From Candidatus Omnitrophota bacterium (lineage in GTDB: Bacteria > Omnitrophota > Gorgyraeia > JABMRN01 > RBG-13-46-9), in the NCBI GenBank assembly GCA_016782425.1, contig JADHYN010000002.1, forward strand, positions 40,807 to 104,806: DNA of 64,000 bases, in the 5' to 3' direction. Shown here piece by piece: positions 45,986 to 54,623 of this stretch. Made by a program: the position numbers and the translations under genes. Every line of letters begins with the position of its first letter. Within the stretch, counting starts at the first letter, position 1. The notes under the pieces were generated by a model that searched no databases, was not told where the DNA came from, and saw nothing but the letters and a program-made list of their open reading frames with translations.

Positions 45986-48727
45986 ATGGACCGAAATCTA
46001 CCGGAAAAATTTAAAAAGATCTCATCCGAATATAGCAATCAAATTGCAATCAAGTATAAAAAGGATAATAAATGGGCTACTATTACCTACGGTGATTTTA
46101 ATAACACCCTTGAATCGCTATGCAACTTTTTATTAACAAAAAATATTAAAAAGGATGATAAGATCGCTATCCTCCTGAAAAACAGGCCTGAATGGCCGCT
46201 TGTATTTTTCGCATCGCTTTCCATAGGGGCTGCCTGTGTACCTATGAATCCCGAATTAACCCAGAAGGAAATCCAAAATATACTTAATAATTCTGAGTCA
46301 AAAATCGTCTTTACGGACGACGGGTTTTTACGTCTAAAAAAGGAAATCCTGCAAAACTGCCCTTCTGTAAAAGAAGTTATTTCCGTGGATTCAGAATCAG
46401 TTTGGCGACCGACGCGGTCGCCAAATGTTAGTAGCGACCGCCATGCCGATCCGGGTGATACAGCATGCATTCTATACACCTCGGGTACCACTGATGAGCC
46501 AAAAGGCGTTATGCTTTCGCACAAGAATTTGCTTTCGAACTGCGAATCGCTTTATAAATTAAACCTGATTACCCGGAAAGACAGCGTAGTTTCCATTCTT
46601 CCGCTCCACCATACCTATCCGCTAACCATAACGATGCTTCTCCCGCTTTTATACGGCGGCATGATAGTCTATCCCGGTACGCTGCGCGGAGAAGCCGTTT
46701 TACAAGCATTAAAAGAGACCAATCCTACTGTTTTTGTTGCCGTGCCGCAGATTTTTTATACGTTTCATCAAAAGATTGTGGATCTACTGAAGAATATCCC
46801 CTTTCCCCTAAAGCTCTTGCTTAATGCTACAACCAATCTTTTATATCGGATTCGGCGTAAAACACGCATCAATTTATCACGCTACCTATTTTTCAGTCTC
46901 CAAAAAAAATTCGGAAAATCGATGCGTTTATTTGTAAGCGGGGGCGCGAAGCTCGATGAAAACGTCGAACAGGACCTTTTCAAATTCGGATTTACGATAT
47001 TGGAAGGTTACGGCCTTACGGAAACCTCGCCTGTCTTAGCCTTGAATCCTTTAAAAAATCCAAAAATAGGTTCGGTAGGACTTGCGATACCAGAGGTGGA
47101 ATTAAGAATAATAAATAAGGATGAGAATGGCCTGGGTGAGGTCATAGCGCGCGGCCCGAATATTATGGAAGGATACTACAAAAGAAGTGATTTAACCGCC
47201 GATGTGATAAAAGACGGGTGGTTTTATACGGGTGATTTAGGATTTTTTGATAAAGACGGCTATTTGTTTTTGACCGGGAGGTCGAAGGATATAATTGTAT
47301 TGAGTTCGGGTAAGAATATATATCCGGAAGAAATAGAAGAGGCTTACTCTAAAGACGTGCCTGCAGAGGAAATATGCGTATTCGAAGTGCCGTCTAAAAA
47401 GGGAGCCAAAGAAACGGAAGTCCTATGGGCTGTTATTGTTCCCGATCTTAAATTCTTCAAAAAATACGGAGAGGTGAATTTAAAAAATGTTATAAAAGAA
47501 AGAATTGACAATGTATCGAGATCCTTACCTCCCCACAAAAGGCTTATGGGTTTTTCCATAACGCTTGATGAGCTTCCGCGTACGCTTTTGGGTAAAGTTA
47601 AAAGGTTTGCCGTTAAAGAAATTTACATACCAAAGATACTAGAGGAAGAAAAAACCATACCGGAAAAAGAGGACTTATCCCGGGAAGACCGTGAATTAGT
47701 AAATACCTATTTCGGTAAAAAGATAATAGATTATCTTAAAAAAACGGCCAAAGTTGACAAGGCGATTGTCCCGGCTAATTCGCTGGAACTCGACCTCGGG
47801 ATAGATTCATTAGGCAGAATTGACCTTGCCTTCGGCCTTGAAAAGCTGTTTGGAACGGAAATAGAAGATGAAATTATCGGCCGTTCGTTTACGGTAAAGG
47901 ACTTAATTCTGGGCTGCATGGAATCGCTTTTGCCGAAAGATACCAAAACCAAGCGGGAAGGCAAAAAAGGAATAGATTTTGGGCCTGATTACTGGGTAAA
48001 ACTTCTCCGGGTTCCCCCAAAAAAGGAAAGCCTGGATAAAATTGATTTAAACCCGGGTTTTGGCGCCTGGCTGGGTGGCTTTATTTTCACGTTATTGCAT
48101 TGGTTGGTCTATAAATTGTTTTATAGCCTAAAAGTAGAAGGAAAGGAAAATTTTCCCGAAAGCGGACCATATATATTATACGTGAATCATTCGAGTTACT
48201 TCGACGGGTTCCTTGTTGCGGTGTCTTTGCCTAAATTTCCGAGATTAGAGTTATTTTTTGTAGGCTTCAGGCCGTATTTTACCGTACCCATTATCAGGAA
48301 CCTCGTAAAAATAGGAAGAATCATACCGCTTGACTTCTCCTCGCACCTTTTAGAGGCCTTACGAAGCTCGTATTATGTCGTTAAAAAAGGTAAAAGCCTG
48401 TGTTTATTCCCCGAGGGCTTGCGTACGCTTGACGGAGAGATAAAAGAATTTAAGAAAGGGTTCGGTATACTGGTAAAAGAAACGCAGGCAAAGCTTGTGC
48501 CGGTTGTTCTAGAAGGCGCTTACGAAGCATGGCCGAGGACTTCCAAATTTCCCAGACGCCACCCTATAAAGGTAAAGTTCGGCAAGCCACGGGATCCCGG
48601 AGATATGGAAAGAGAAGGCTATAAAATGGGCGCTAAAGACAGCTATGAAGCTATATGCCTTGCAGCAAGGGATGTGCTGGTAACGCTAAAAGAAACCACA
48701 ACTTATGGAGGCCGAAGGCCAACTTAA
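45986..48727 (+). CDS. tridomain protein: AMP-dependent acyl ligase, carrier (PP-binding) domain, and 1-acylglycerol-3-phosphate-type acyltransferase
   Basis: LYTSGTTDEPKGV, GYGLTETS, and YTGDLG adenylation motifs; LGIDSLGRIDL carrier Ser; NHSSYFD (HX4D) and FPEGLRT acyltransferase motifs. Confidence 0.85.
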   Translation: MDRNLPEKFKKISSEYSNQIAIKYKKDNKWATITYGDFNNTLESLCNFLLTKNIKKDDKIAILLKNRPEWPLVFFASLSIGAACVPMNPELTQKEIQNILNNSESKIVFTDDGFLRLKKEILQNCPSVKEVISVDSESVWRPTRSPNVSSDRHADPGDTACILYTSGTTDEPKGVMLSHKNLLSNCESLYKLNLITRKDSVVSILPLHHTYPLTITMLLPLLYGGMIVYPGTLRGEAVLQALKETNPTVFVAVPQIFYTFHQKIVDLLKNIPFPLKLLLNATTNLLYRIRRKTRINLSRYLFFSLQKKFGKSMRLFVSGGAKLDENVEQDLFKFGFTILEGYGLTETSPVLALNPLKNPKIGSVGLAIPEVELRIINKDENGLGEVIARGPNIMEGYYKRSDLTADVIKDGWFYTGDLGFFDKDGYLFLTGRSKDIIVLSSGKNIYPEEIEEAYSKDVPAEEICVFEVPSKKGAKETEVLWAVIVPDLKFFKKYGEVNLKNVIKERIDNVSRSLPPHKRLMGFSITLDELPRTLLGKVKRFAVKEIYIPKILEEEKTIPEKEDLSREDRELVNTYFGKKIIDYLKKTAKVDKAIVPANSLELDLGIDSLGRIDLAFGLEKLFGTEIEDEIIGRSFTVKDLILGCMESLLPKDTKTKREGKKGIDFGPDYWVKLLRVPPKKESLDKIDLNPGFGAWLGGFIFTLLHWLVYKLFYSLKVEGKENFPESGPYILYVNHSSYFDGFLVAVSLPKFPRLELFFVGFRPYFTVPIIRNLVKIGRIIPLDFSSHLLEALRSSYYVVKKGKSLCLFPEGLRTLDGEIKEFKKGFGILVKETQAKLVPVVLEGAYEAWPRTSKFPRRHPIKVKFGKPRDPGDMEREGYKMGAKDSYEAICLAARDVLVTLKETTTYGGRRPT
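46402..46424. repeat. REP palindrome copy D, in-frame inside the ligase CDS
   Basis: TTGGCGACCGACGCGGTCGCCAA, translated as VWRPTRSPN just upstream of the LYTSGTT motif. Confidence 0.9.
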
Positions 48728-48944
48728 GTTGTATGGCTTAAGTTTACCCCCACACCACTTTCTATACTATGTACAAAAATGGTGATAATGTATTATGATA
48801 GAGACAAAGCCTTTAATGACAAGAAATTGTAATTTTAGAAAGTGGTGGGGGATTAATTCGACAGTTCGGAGATGCATAACGTAGGAGATGGACTTATGAA
48901 AACCATAGATTTTCATAAGTCCAGGTCTCATTAAAGGAGAAAAA

Positions 48945-49742
48945 ATGAAGCTACTTTTGTGGCTTGTTATCTCTATTATTATTTTCTTGGTGGGCATAAG
49001 ATACATCGAAAAGCATAGTATATATTTTCCCATGAAGGAGATGTCTATCACACCCGAAGAAATAGGATTACCTTATGAAGATATTTACTTCGAAACACCC
49101 GATAACAAGAAATTAAACGGATGGTTTGTTCCGCATGATAACGCAAAATTCACAATCCTTTTTGTTCATGGAAATGCCGGAAATATAAGCCATAGATTAG
49201 AGAAAATTCTAATCTTTCATAACCTCGGGCATAATATATTTATCTTTGATTATCGCGGTTATGGAAAAAGCAATGGCTCGCCTTCTGAGGCGGGTCTATA
49301 TAAAGACGCAGAAGCTGCGTATAATTATTTGATAAATGAGCGCAAAATCCCGGAAGATAATATTATTCTTTATGGAGAATCGATTGGCGGAGCTGTTATT
49401 ATTGATCTCGCCAATAAAGTCAAAGTGCGCGCTTTGATCACAGAAGAGGTGTTTACATCGGTCAAGGACATGGCTAAAATCGCGTATCCTTTTCTCCCCT
49501 ACTTTATATTCTCAAGCAGATTTGATTCTATTCCCAAAATAAAAGGAGTAAAATGCCCTAAACTTATGATTCACAGCATAGATGACGAGATTGTGCCGTT
49601 TCGCCTGGGAGAGAAACTATTCAATGCCGCCAATCCACCAAAGACATTTCTTAAAATAAGGGGTTCTCACAACACGGCTTTTTTGGATTCGGAAGAGCAG
49701 TTTAAAGAAGGAATAAAAACTTTTTTAAACGGCCTCAAGTAA
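48945..49742 (+). CDS. alpha/beta hydrolase with N-terminal membrane anchor
   Basis: HGNAGN oxyanion region, GESIGG nucleophile elbow, and C-terminal D...H pattern. AAAGGAG SD. Confidence 0.8.
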   Translation: MKLLLWLVISIIIFLVGIRYIEKHSIYFPMKEMSITPEEIGLPYEDIYFETPDNKKLNGWFVPHDNAKFTILFVHGNAGNISHRLEKILIFHNLGHNIFIFDYRGYGKSNGSPSEAGLYKDAEAAYNYLINERKIPEDNIILYGESIGGAVIIDLANKVKVRALITEEVFTSVKDMAKIAYPFLPYFIFSSRFDSIPKIKGVKCPKLMIHSIDDEIVPFRLGEKLFNAANPPKTFLKIRGSHNTAFLDSEEQFKEGIKTFLNGLK

Positions 49743-49761
49743 TGGCGGGTGCCTCGGGTGA

Positions 49762-50343
49762 TTATTTATTAATCACGATAGTTCCGAGGGAAGTACCTTC
49801 TTTTTCTTTCTTTATCTCTTCTATTCTTCTATTTAATTCCTCTATTTTTGCCTCGGCTCCGGCTTTTTCATTATTCAGCGCCTCTATCTCTGTCTTGATA
49901 TCATCGAAGGCCTTATTTGCTAACTCAAGCGGTTTTAAGAGGCTTGTCTTTTCCTTTTGATGTTGCGTGACGCTGGCGCTCAATCTGTTTATCCGGTCGT
50001 CTTTTTGCTTTATTGAATCGGCAAACTTTTGGCTTTTATTGGTCTCGGCGGTTAATTGTCCGGTAAGGCTTTTTACGTTTGCCCTGGAAATTTCAAGCTG
50101 TCGTTCGGCGTTCTTTTTTGATTCCTCGATTTCCTCCAAGGTCTCGGTAAGCGCCATCTTATCCTGCATGAGCTCTTCGAAGCTTGCCTGGAGCGCTTCC
50201 TTTTCTTCATTTATATTTTTCTTCGTAATAAATAAAAAAGTCGCAACTAAAATGGAAATCACGCATAGCGCGATTAATGCCGCCAGAGTAGTCTTATCGC
50301 GATTATTAATGATGTAATTTTTTATTTTATTTATCAGGCTCAT
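49762..50343 (-). CDS. membrane-anchored coiled-coil protein
   Basis: One N-terminal TM helix, then heptad-rich Glu/Lys/Leu sequence. 17-nt overlap with the secretin 3' end. Confidence 0.45.
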   Translation of the reverse strand: MSLINKIKNYIINNRDKTTLAALIALCVISILVATFLFITKKNINEEKEALQASFEELMQDKMALTETLEEIEESKKNAERQLEISRANVKSLTGQLTAETNKSQKFADSIKQKDDRINRLSASVTQHQKEKTSLLKPLELANKAFDDIKTEIEALNNEKAGAEAKIEELNRRIEEIKKEKEGTSLGTIVINK

Positions 50344-52288
50344 AGATTATATATAAACTGAAATCTTTCTTATGCTCCCTGATCGCCTGTGGAAATACCG
50401 GAAATGGAGCTGCTTTCTCTACGGCAGCTATTGCTATATCGTTAAAGAAAAAGTTTGTTGATTCCTTTACCCTGGGTTTGGAGGCGAGATTCCCTCCTGA
50501 GTATAAAGAAAATTTTATTCTGACTTTGTCACCCCTTAATATATGCGAATCTTTTTTGGGTACATAAATGTTATCCATTATTTTATTCTTTATGGTATAG
50601 AAATACTCCGCCGCACTTGAGATTTCTGCTTCCGGGGCTCTCTTTTCCCTTGCTTCTTTGATTTTTTTAGCCTTTTTCATCGGAATATCTTCTCTCAGAT
50701 AACCCGTTGATACTTCTATCGGTTTTCTTCTATCAAAAGTTGGTTTCTCCTGCATTGTAAATTTTCCTTTGCCATCAGGATACGAAGGAGGCGTCTTTAG
50801 ATAATCTGTCTCGCCCGAAATAATGTGCGGGGTAAGAAATATTACAAGCTCCTTCTTTGTCACCGAATCCTCCGTCTTAGAGAAAATCTGACCGACAAGG
50901 GGAATATCCCCCAAGAAAGGTACTTTGTTGGTTGTGCTCTTACGCTCATCTTTTATCAAACCGGCAATAATTATCGTTATCCCGTCTTTTACCATGACGC
51001 TTGTCTCAGCGTGGGTTGTGTCGACAATAGGAACTGTTGTAGACGGATCGCCGTATGTATAACTGCTTGTTGAGGAACTTACCTCCGGTCTTATTTTCAT
51101 GGAAACAAAACCATCGCGATTTATGGTTGGAGTAACGTATAGTTTTACCCCTATATCCAGGAAGTTAAGTTCCGTCGCTACTGTTGTAGTAGACGTTCCC
51201 TGCGTTACCGTATTCGTGGCATACGGCTCGCTTGAACCAACAAGTATCTTGGCTTCCTCATTATTTAAAACCGTGATCCTTGGACTTGATAAAATATTGG
51301 CATCGCCGACTTTTTTTAAGGCCTGGACCATTGCGGCATAATCGCCCTCGCCAAAGGCCCCTATCATAATTTCACCGCCCGGAACAAGCCCGCCGGCGGA
51401 AGCTAATTTGAATTGACTTTTTATCCCTATATCTTTTGATAAGACTTTTTGGAATTCATTGCTCACCACTTCCCAATCAATGCCCAATTTGTATTCATCG
51501 CTTAAGTTTATTTCGAGTATTTTCGCCTCGATCAGAACCTGTTGCACTTTGTCATCCAGAGCGCTTATTATTTCTTCTATTTCATCCATTCTTTCTTCTA
51601 AATCTGTGATAATGATTTTGTTTGTTCTCTCATCGATCTGCACCATTCCCACGCCCTTGGTGAGATTCTCCCCGATTTTATCCTTTATATCCGCTGTATT
51701 GGCATAATTCAGCTCAAATATCTTTGTAGTCGTGGGTTTATCTATTCTTTTTACCAGTTCGACCGCTTGCAAAACAGCCTGTGGCGCATCTATAATAACA
51801 ATGGTATTTGACGCTTCATCTACTATAACCTTCCCTATTTTTGTTTTTATCTGATTTAACGCCTTGTTTACCTCGGCGGGTTTTGCGTATTTGAGCTGTA
51901 TTATTTTTGCTTCTTTTTTATCGGCGTATTTCCTCCCGTACAGCGCTTCGTAATCTCTCTCGGTCATGACATATACGATATCGCCCTTTTTGTCGCTTGC
52001 GAGGTTATTTGCCAATAGAATTATCTCGAAGGCCTCCTTAACGTCCACATCTTTCAGAAACATGGTAACCCTGCCGCGGACATTGCTCCCCACGACAAGA
52101 TTCATTTTGCCTTTCGAGGCCAGTGTTTTTAAGACCTCAACGATATCCATGCCTTTTAAATCCAATGATATGGTGTCTTCGCTATCAATGGCACTCAGGC
52201 TCTCACCCGGGTGAAACTGTGCAAACGCGAAGGTGGAAGCAAAAAATACTGCCGACGCAAAGGCTATATATACAAAATATTTTTTCAT
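50327..52288 (-). CDS. secretin (GspD/PilQ family) with C-terminal TonB-C-like extension
   Basis: Signal peptide MKKYFVYIAFASAVFFASTFAFA and secretin core ...PFLGDIPLVGQIFS...ELVIFLTPHII, plus a 160-aa tail. Start ATG 52288 has GGAG 8 nt upstream; the alternative is 52306 (ATGA overlap). Confidence 0.85.
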   Translation of the reverse strand: MKKYFVYIAFASAVFFASTFAFAQFHPGESLSAIDSEDTISLDLKGMDIVEVLKTLASKGKMNLVVGSNVRGRVTMFLKDVDVKEAFEIILLANNLASDKKGDIVYVMTERDYEALYGRKYADKKEAKIIQLKYAKPAEVNKALNQIKTKIGKVIVDEASNTIVIIDAPQAVLQAVELVKRIDKPTTTKIFELNYANTADIKDKIGENLTKGVGMVQIDERTNKIIITDLEERMDEIEEIISALDDKVQQVLIEAKILEINLSDEYKLGIDWEVVSNEFQKVLSKDIGIKSQFKLASAGGLVPGGEIMIGAFGEGDYAAMVQALKKVGDANILSSPRITVLNNEEAKILVGSSEPYATNTVTQGTSTTTVATELNFLDIGVKLYVTPTINRDGFVSMKIRPEVSSSTSSYTYGDPSTTVPIVDTTHAETSVMVKDGITIIIAGLIKDERKSTTNKVPFLGDIPLVGQIFSKTEDSVTKKELVIFLTPHIISGETDYLKTPPSYPDGKGKFTMQEKPTFDRRKPIEVSTGYLREDIPMKKAKKIKEAREKRAPEAEISSAAEYFYTIKNKIMDNIYVPKKDSHILRGDKVRIKFSLYSGGNLASKPRVKESTNFFFNDIAIAAVEKAAPFPVFPQAIREHKKDFSLYIIYEPDK

Positions 52289-52302
52289 GTCTTTACTCCG
52301 TT

Positions 52303-52929
52303 TCATAAAACAAGTATTATTTGTCTTCCCTTATAGCTCAACACTACTTTCCCTCCGCCGATCTCGAGAATATCGACACCACTGAAAGACTGGCCTTTAT
52401 ACAGGTAATGGGTTTTTTGCGCTTCTTTATCTTCTATTATGGCCTGCGGTTCGTCACCGGCTATAATTCCCACCAGGTTGAATCTCTTGGTTATATCTAT
52501 CTCGGGAACCTGAGATTCTTCTTCTTTAATAAACGGGGCGCTGAAGAGATTCTTTCCTTTTATCTGCCTCGAATAGGTTGAATAATCCTTTACGTGTGGC
52601 GATACTGGTCTTTCCGGCGGTGCAAGATCTGTGCCAACGCGGCCGGTCTCTCCGGGAGGAACAATGGAACCGATGTCCTTATACGGACTGTACAAAAAAC
52701 TGTCGAGAAAATATATGGAAGCTATTATCAAAACAGCTACCAGGATCCTGTTTATGGGCTTCAGGAATACAGGTTTGAATATTTTATTCTTGAGGAAAAT
52801 CTTTTTGACGGCTTCGGTAAACAATGATTTTTGCGCCACGGCCGGTGTCGCCTCGCCCGTGTCGCTTCTCTTCTTATATTTTCCTTTTATAAGGTGGAGT
52901 AGCCGGTCTTCGGGCGAATCTGGTCTCAT
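52303..52929 (-). CDS. GspC/PilP/GspB-like secretin-associated inner-membrane protein
   Basis: One TM helix and the C-terminal pattern NLVGIIAGDEPQAIIED...GQSFSGVDILEIGGGKVVLSY. Sits between the ExeA-like ATPase and the secretin. Confidence 0.5.
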   Translation of the reverse strand: MRPDSPEDRLLHLIKGKYKKRSDTGEATPAVAQKSLFTEAVKKIFLKNKIFKPVFLKPINRILVAVLIIASIYFLDSFLYSPYKDIGSIVPPGETGRVGTDLAPPERPVSPHVKDYSTYSRQIKGKNLFSAPFIKEEESQVPEIDITKRFNLVGIIAGDEPQAIIEDKEAQKTHYLYKGQSFSGVDILEIGGGKVVLSYKGRQIILVL

Positions 52930-53745
52930 CTATATATCCTCTTTTTTTATGATTTCGAAAATCATCTGTTCGTCAACAATGTCTTTTTGTTTTATTATTA
53001 ACTCTTCAAGCGAATTATGGCACAAAACAGCGATTTTTCTCGGATAGCCCTGGCTGTATTCAAATATACGTTTTACGCTTTCCGGGGTAAATAAGTGCCT
53101 GTCCCTGGAAAGCCCCGCCTGTTTTAATCTGAAATTTATCATCTCTTTCGTTTCGTTCATATCGAGCGGATTTATTATGTACTTTAATGCAATCCTGTCA
53201 TAGAAATTTTTTACCCGCTTTATTTTGGGTAAGAGTTCCATCTGGCTCATTATGACAAGCTGCAGAAGTTTATATTCGTTCGTTTCATAGTTGAGAAGCG
53301 TTCTTAATACTTCTAAAAAATTAGAATGGAGCTTCTGCCCTTCATCGATCAAGAGAACTATTGTCTTATGTTCATCGATACCTTTTTTAAACAGGTATTT
53401 TTCTATCTCTTCCTTGTAATCGTGCGTCGTCCTTGTATCGGGCGTTATCCCGAATATCTTGACAAGTGTTTCTAAAAGCTGAAATTCGGAATTGTAGTCC
53501 GGATCAAGTATCATGTGGAAGACAAAATCGTTGTCGTTCGAAAATTCCTGCAGAAGGGCCCGTGAAAGTGTTGTCTTGCCGGTACCGACATCCCCAAGGA
53601 TTAAGCTTAAACCCCTCCTAAGGCGGATTCCTATTTCAAGCCTTTTCAGGACGGAATTATGGGCGGAAGAGCGGTATAAAAATGCCGGATCCGGGCTTGT
53701 GGAAAACGGTTCTTTTTTTAAATTCAGAACTTCGTAATAACCCAT
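52930..53745 (-). CDS. ExeA/GspA/MshM-like AAA ATPase
   Basis: Walker A GDVGTGKTTL and Walker B VLLIDEGQ; 271 aa. Confidence 0.8.
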   Translation of the reverse strand: MGYYEVLNLKKEPFSTSPDPAFLYRSSAHNSVLKRLEIGIRLRRGLSLILGDVGTGKTTLSRALLQEFSNDNDFVFHMILDPDYNSEFQLLETLVKIFGITPDTRTTHDYKEEIEKYLFKKGIDEHKTIVLLIDEGQKLHSNFLEVLRTLLNYETNEYKLLQLVIMSQMELLPKIKRVKNFYDRIALKYIINPLDMNETKEMINFRLKQAGLSRDRHLFTPESVKRIFEYSQGYPRKIAVLCHNSLEELIIKQKDIVDEQMIFEIIKKEDI

Positions 53746-53760
53746 ATTTATAGGCCTTTT

Positions 53761-53982
53761 TTAGAGCAAGTCTTTGATCTTGCGTAACGATTTTTTCTCT
53801 TTTCGATAATTTCGTATTCTGTTTAGCCTTTGAATCGTAGAGTCGTCAAAATACCTAAAATTTGTCTCCGGGCTTCTTCCGGTCTCTTTTATCAATCCGA
53901 GCTTCAAGTAATACTTTACTGTATAAATAGATAAGCCAGAAAACCGCGCGATATCCTTTATTAAATATAGTTTAGAAGTCAT
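53761..53982 (-). CDS. small MerR-family HTH protein
   Basis: YLIKDIARFSGLSIYTVKYYLKLGLI; 73 aa. Confidence 0.7.
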   Translation of the reverse strand: MTSKLYLIKDIARFSGLSIYTVKYYLKLGLIKETGRSPETNFRYFDDSTIQRLNRIRNYRKEKKSLRKIKDLL

Positions 53983-53985
53983 ATA

Positions 53986-54029
53986 TACTCTCTAAGTAGA
54001 GAGTAATGCTGTGCTCTCTACGTAGAGAG
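53986..54029. promoter_or_regulatory. two palindromic operator candidates of form CTCTCTA-N2-TAGAGAG
   Basis: TACTCTCTA-AG-TAGAGAGTA at 53986-54005 and CTCTCTA-CG-TAGAGAG at 54014-54029, with centres 26 bp apart. Confidence 0.6.
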
Positions 54030-54055
54030 TATACCATATCTTTTTGATTTGTCAA
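54028..54055 (-). promoter_or_regulatory. sigma70-type promoter TTGACA-N16-TATACT inside the secretion cluster
   Basis: Read on the minus strand. The -10 hexamer overlaps the distal palindrome. Confidence 0.6.
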
Positions 54056-54085
54056 GGGTTGGGACGTTTTTGGCTTTTGGGGTGG

Positions 54086-54619
54086 TTAGCCGAGGATGAT
54101 CTTGCCTATAAGGAATATGCCTTTAAGCCTATGTGAAGAGCTCAATCGTGAGGTTATTGTGAATTGTCGCACCCTCAGGTGCTCGGTGGATGCCTCTATT
54201 TCGTATAAAAACCGCGATAGTTCATCAAGGCTACCGCCTGTTGTAATCTCGAAGAGTATTTCTTTATAATTGCCTAATTTTCTTGAAGCCCTCGGCCGTA
54301 TATTAACTATATGGCAGGCGCTTTTCTTCGAAACATTCTCTATTTCCCTCAAGGCCTTTGCCTGTTCTTCTTCCTCGTTTTTACTTATCTCTATAACACC
54401 GTGGTATTTAGCGTATTCTTCCTCCAGCGATTGGTACATGTTGAGAAGTTTTGTATTTTTGTTTAATTGAACGATCTTTGATACTAATTGGGCATTGAGC
54501 GTTTTCCAGCGTCTGAGGACAGGCTCTATAATCAAGCTATACAGAATAGCTACCGTTGCCAGGGTTATGCAAATTGCTAATAGCGTTCGTTCGTTTTTCC
54601 CCAGATTTCTTATAAACAT
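54086..54619 (-). CDS. PilO/GspM-like bitopic assembly protein
   Basis: N-terminal TM helix, then coiled coil, then a small C-terminal domain. Lies directly after the PilM-PilN gene. Confidence 0.5.
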   Translation of the reverse strand: MFIRNLGKNERTLLAICITLATVAILYSLIIEPVLRRWKTLNAQLVSKIVQLNKNTKLLNMYQSLEEEYAKYHGVIEISKNEEEEQAKALREIENVSKKSACHIVNIRPRASRKLGNYKEILFEITTGGSLDELSRFLYEIEASTEHLRVRQFTITSRLSSSHRLKGIFLIGKIILG

Positions 54620-54623
54620 GGTT

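Noticed and set aside
48767-49051. 94-aa minus-strand ORF in the spacer before the hydrolase gene
   Set aside because: It overlaps the start of the well-supported alpha/beta hydrolase gene, has no SD and no motifs. The region is better explained as a structured leader.
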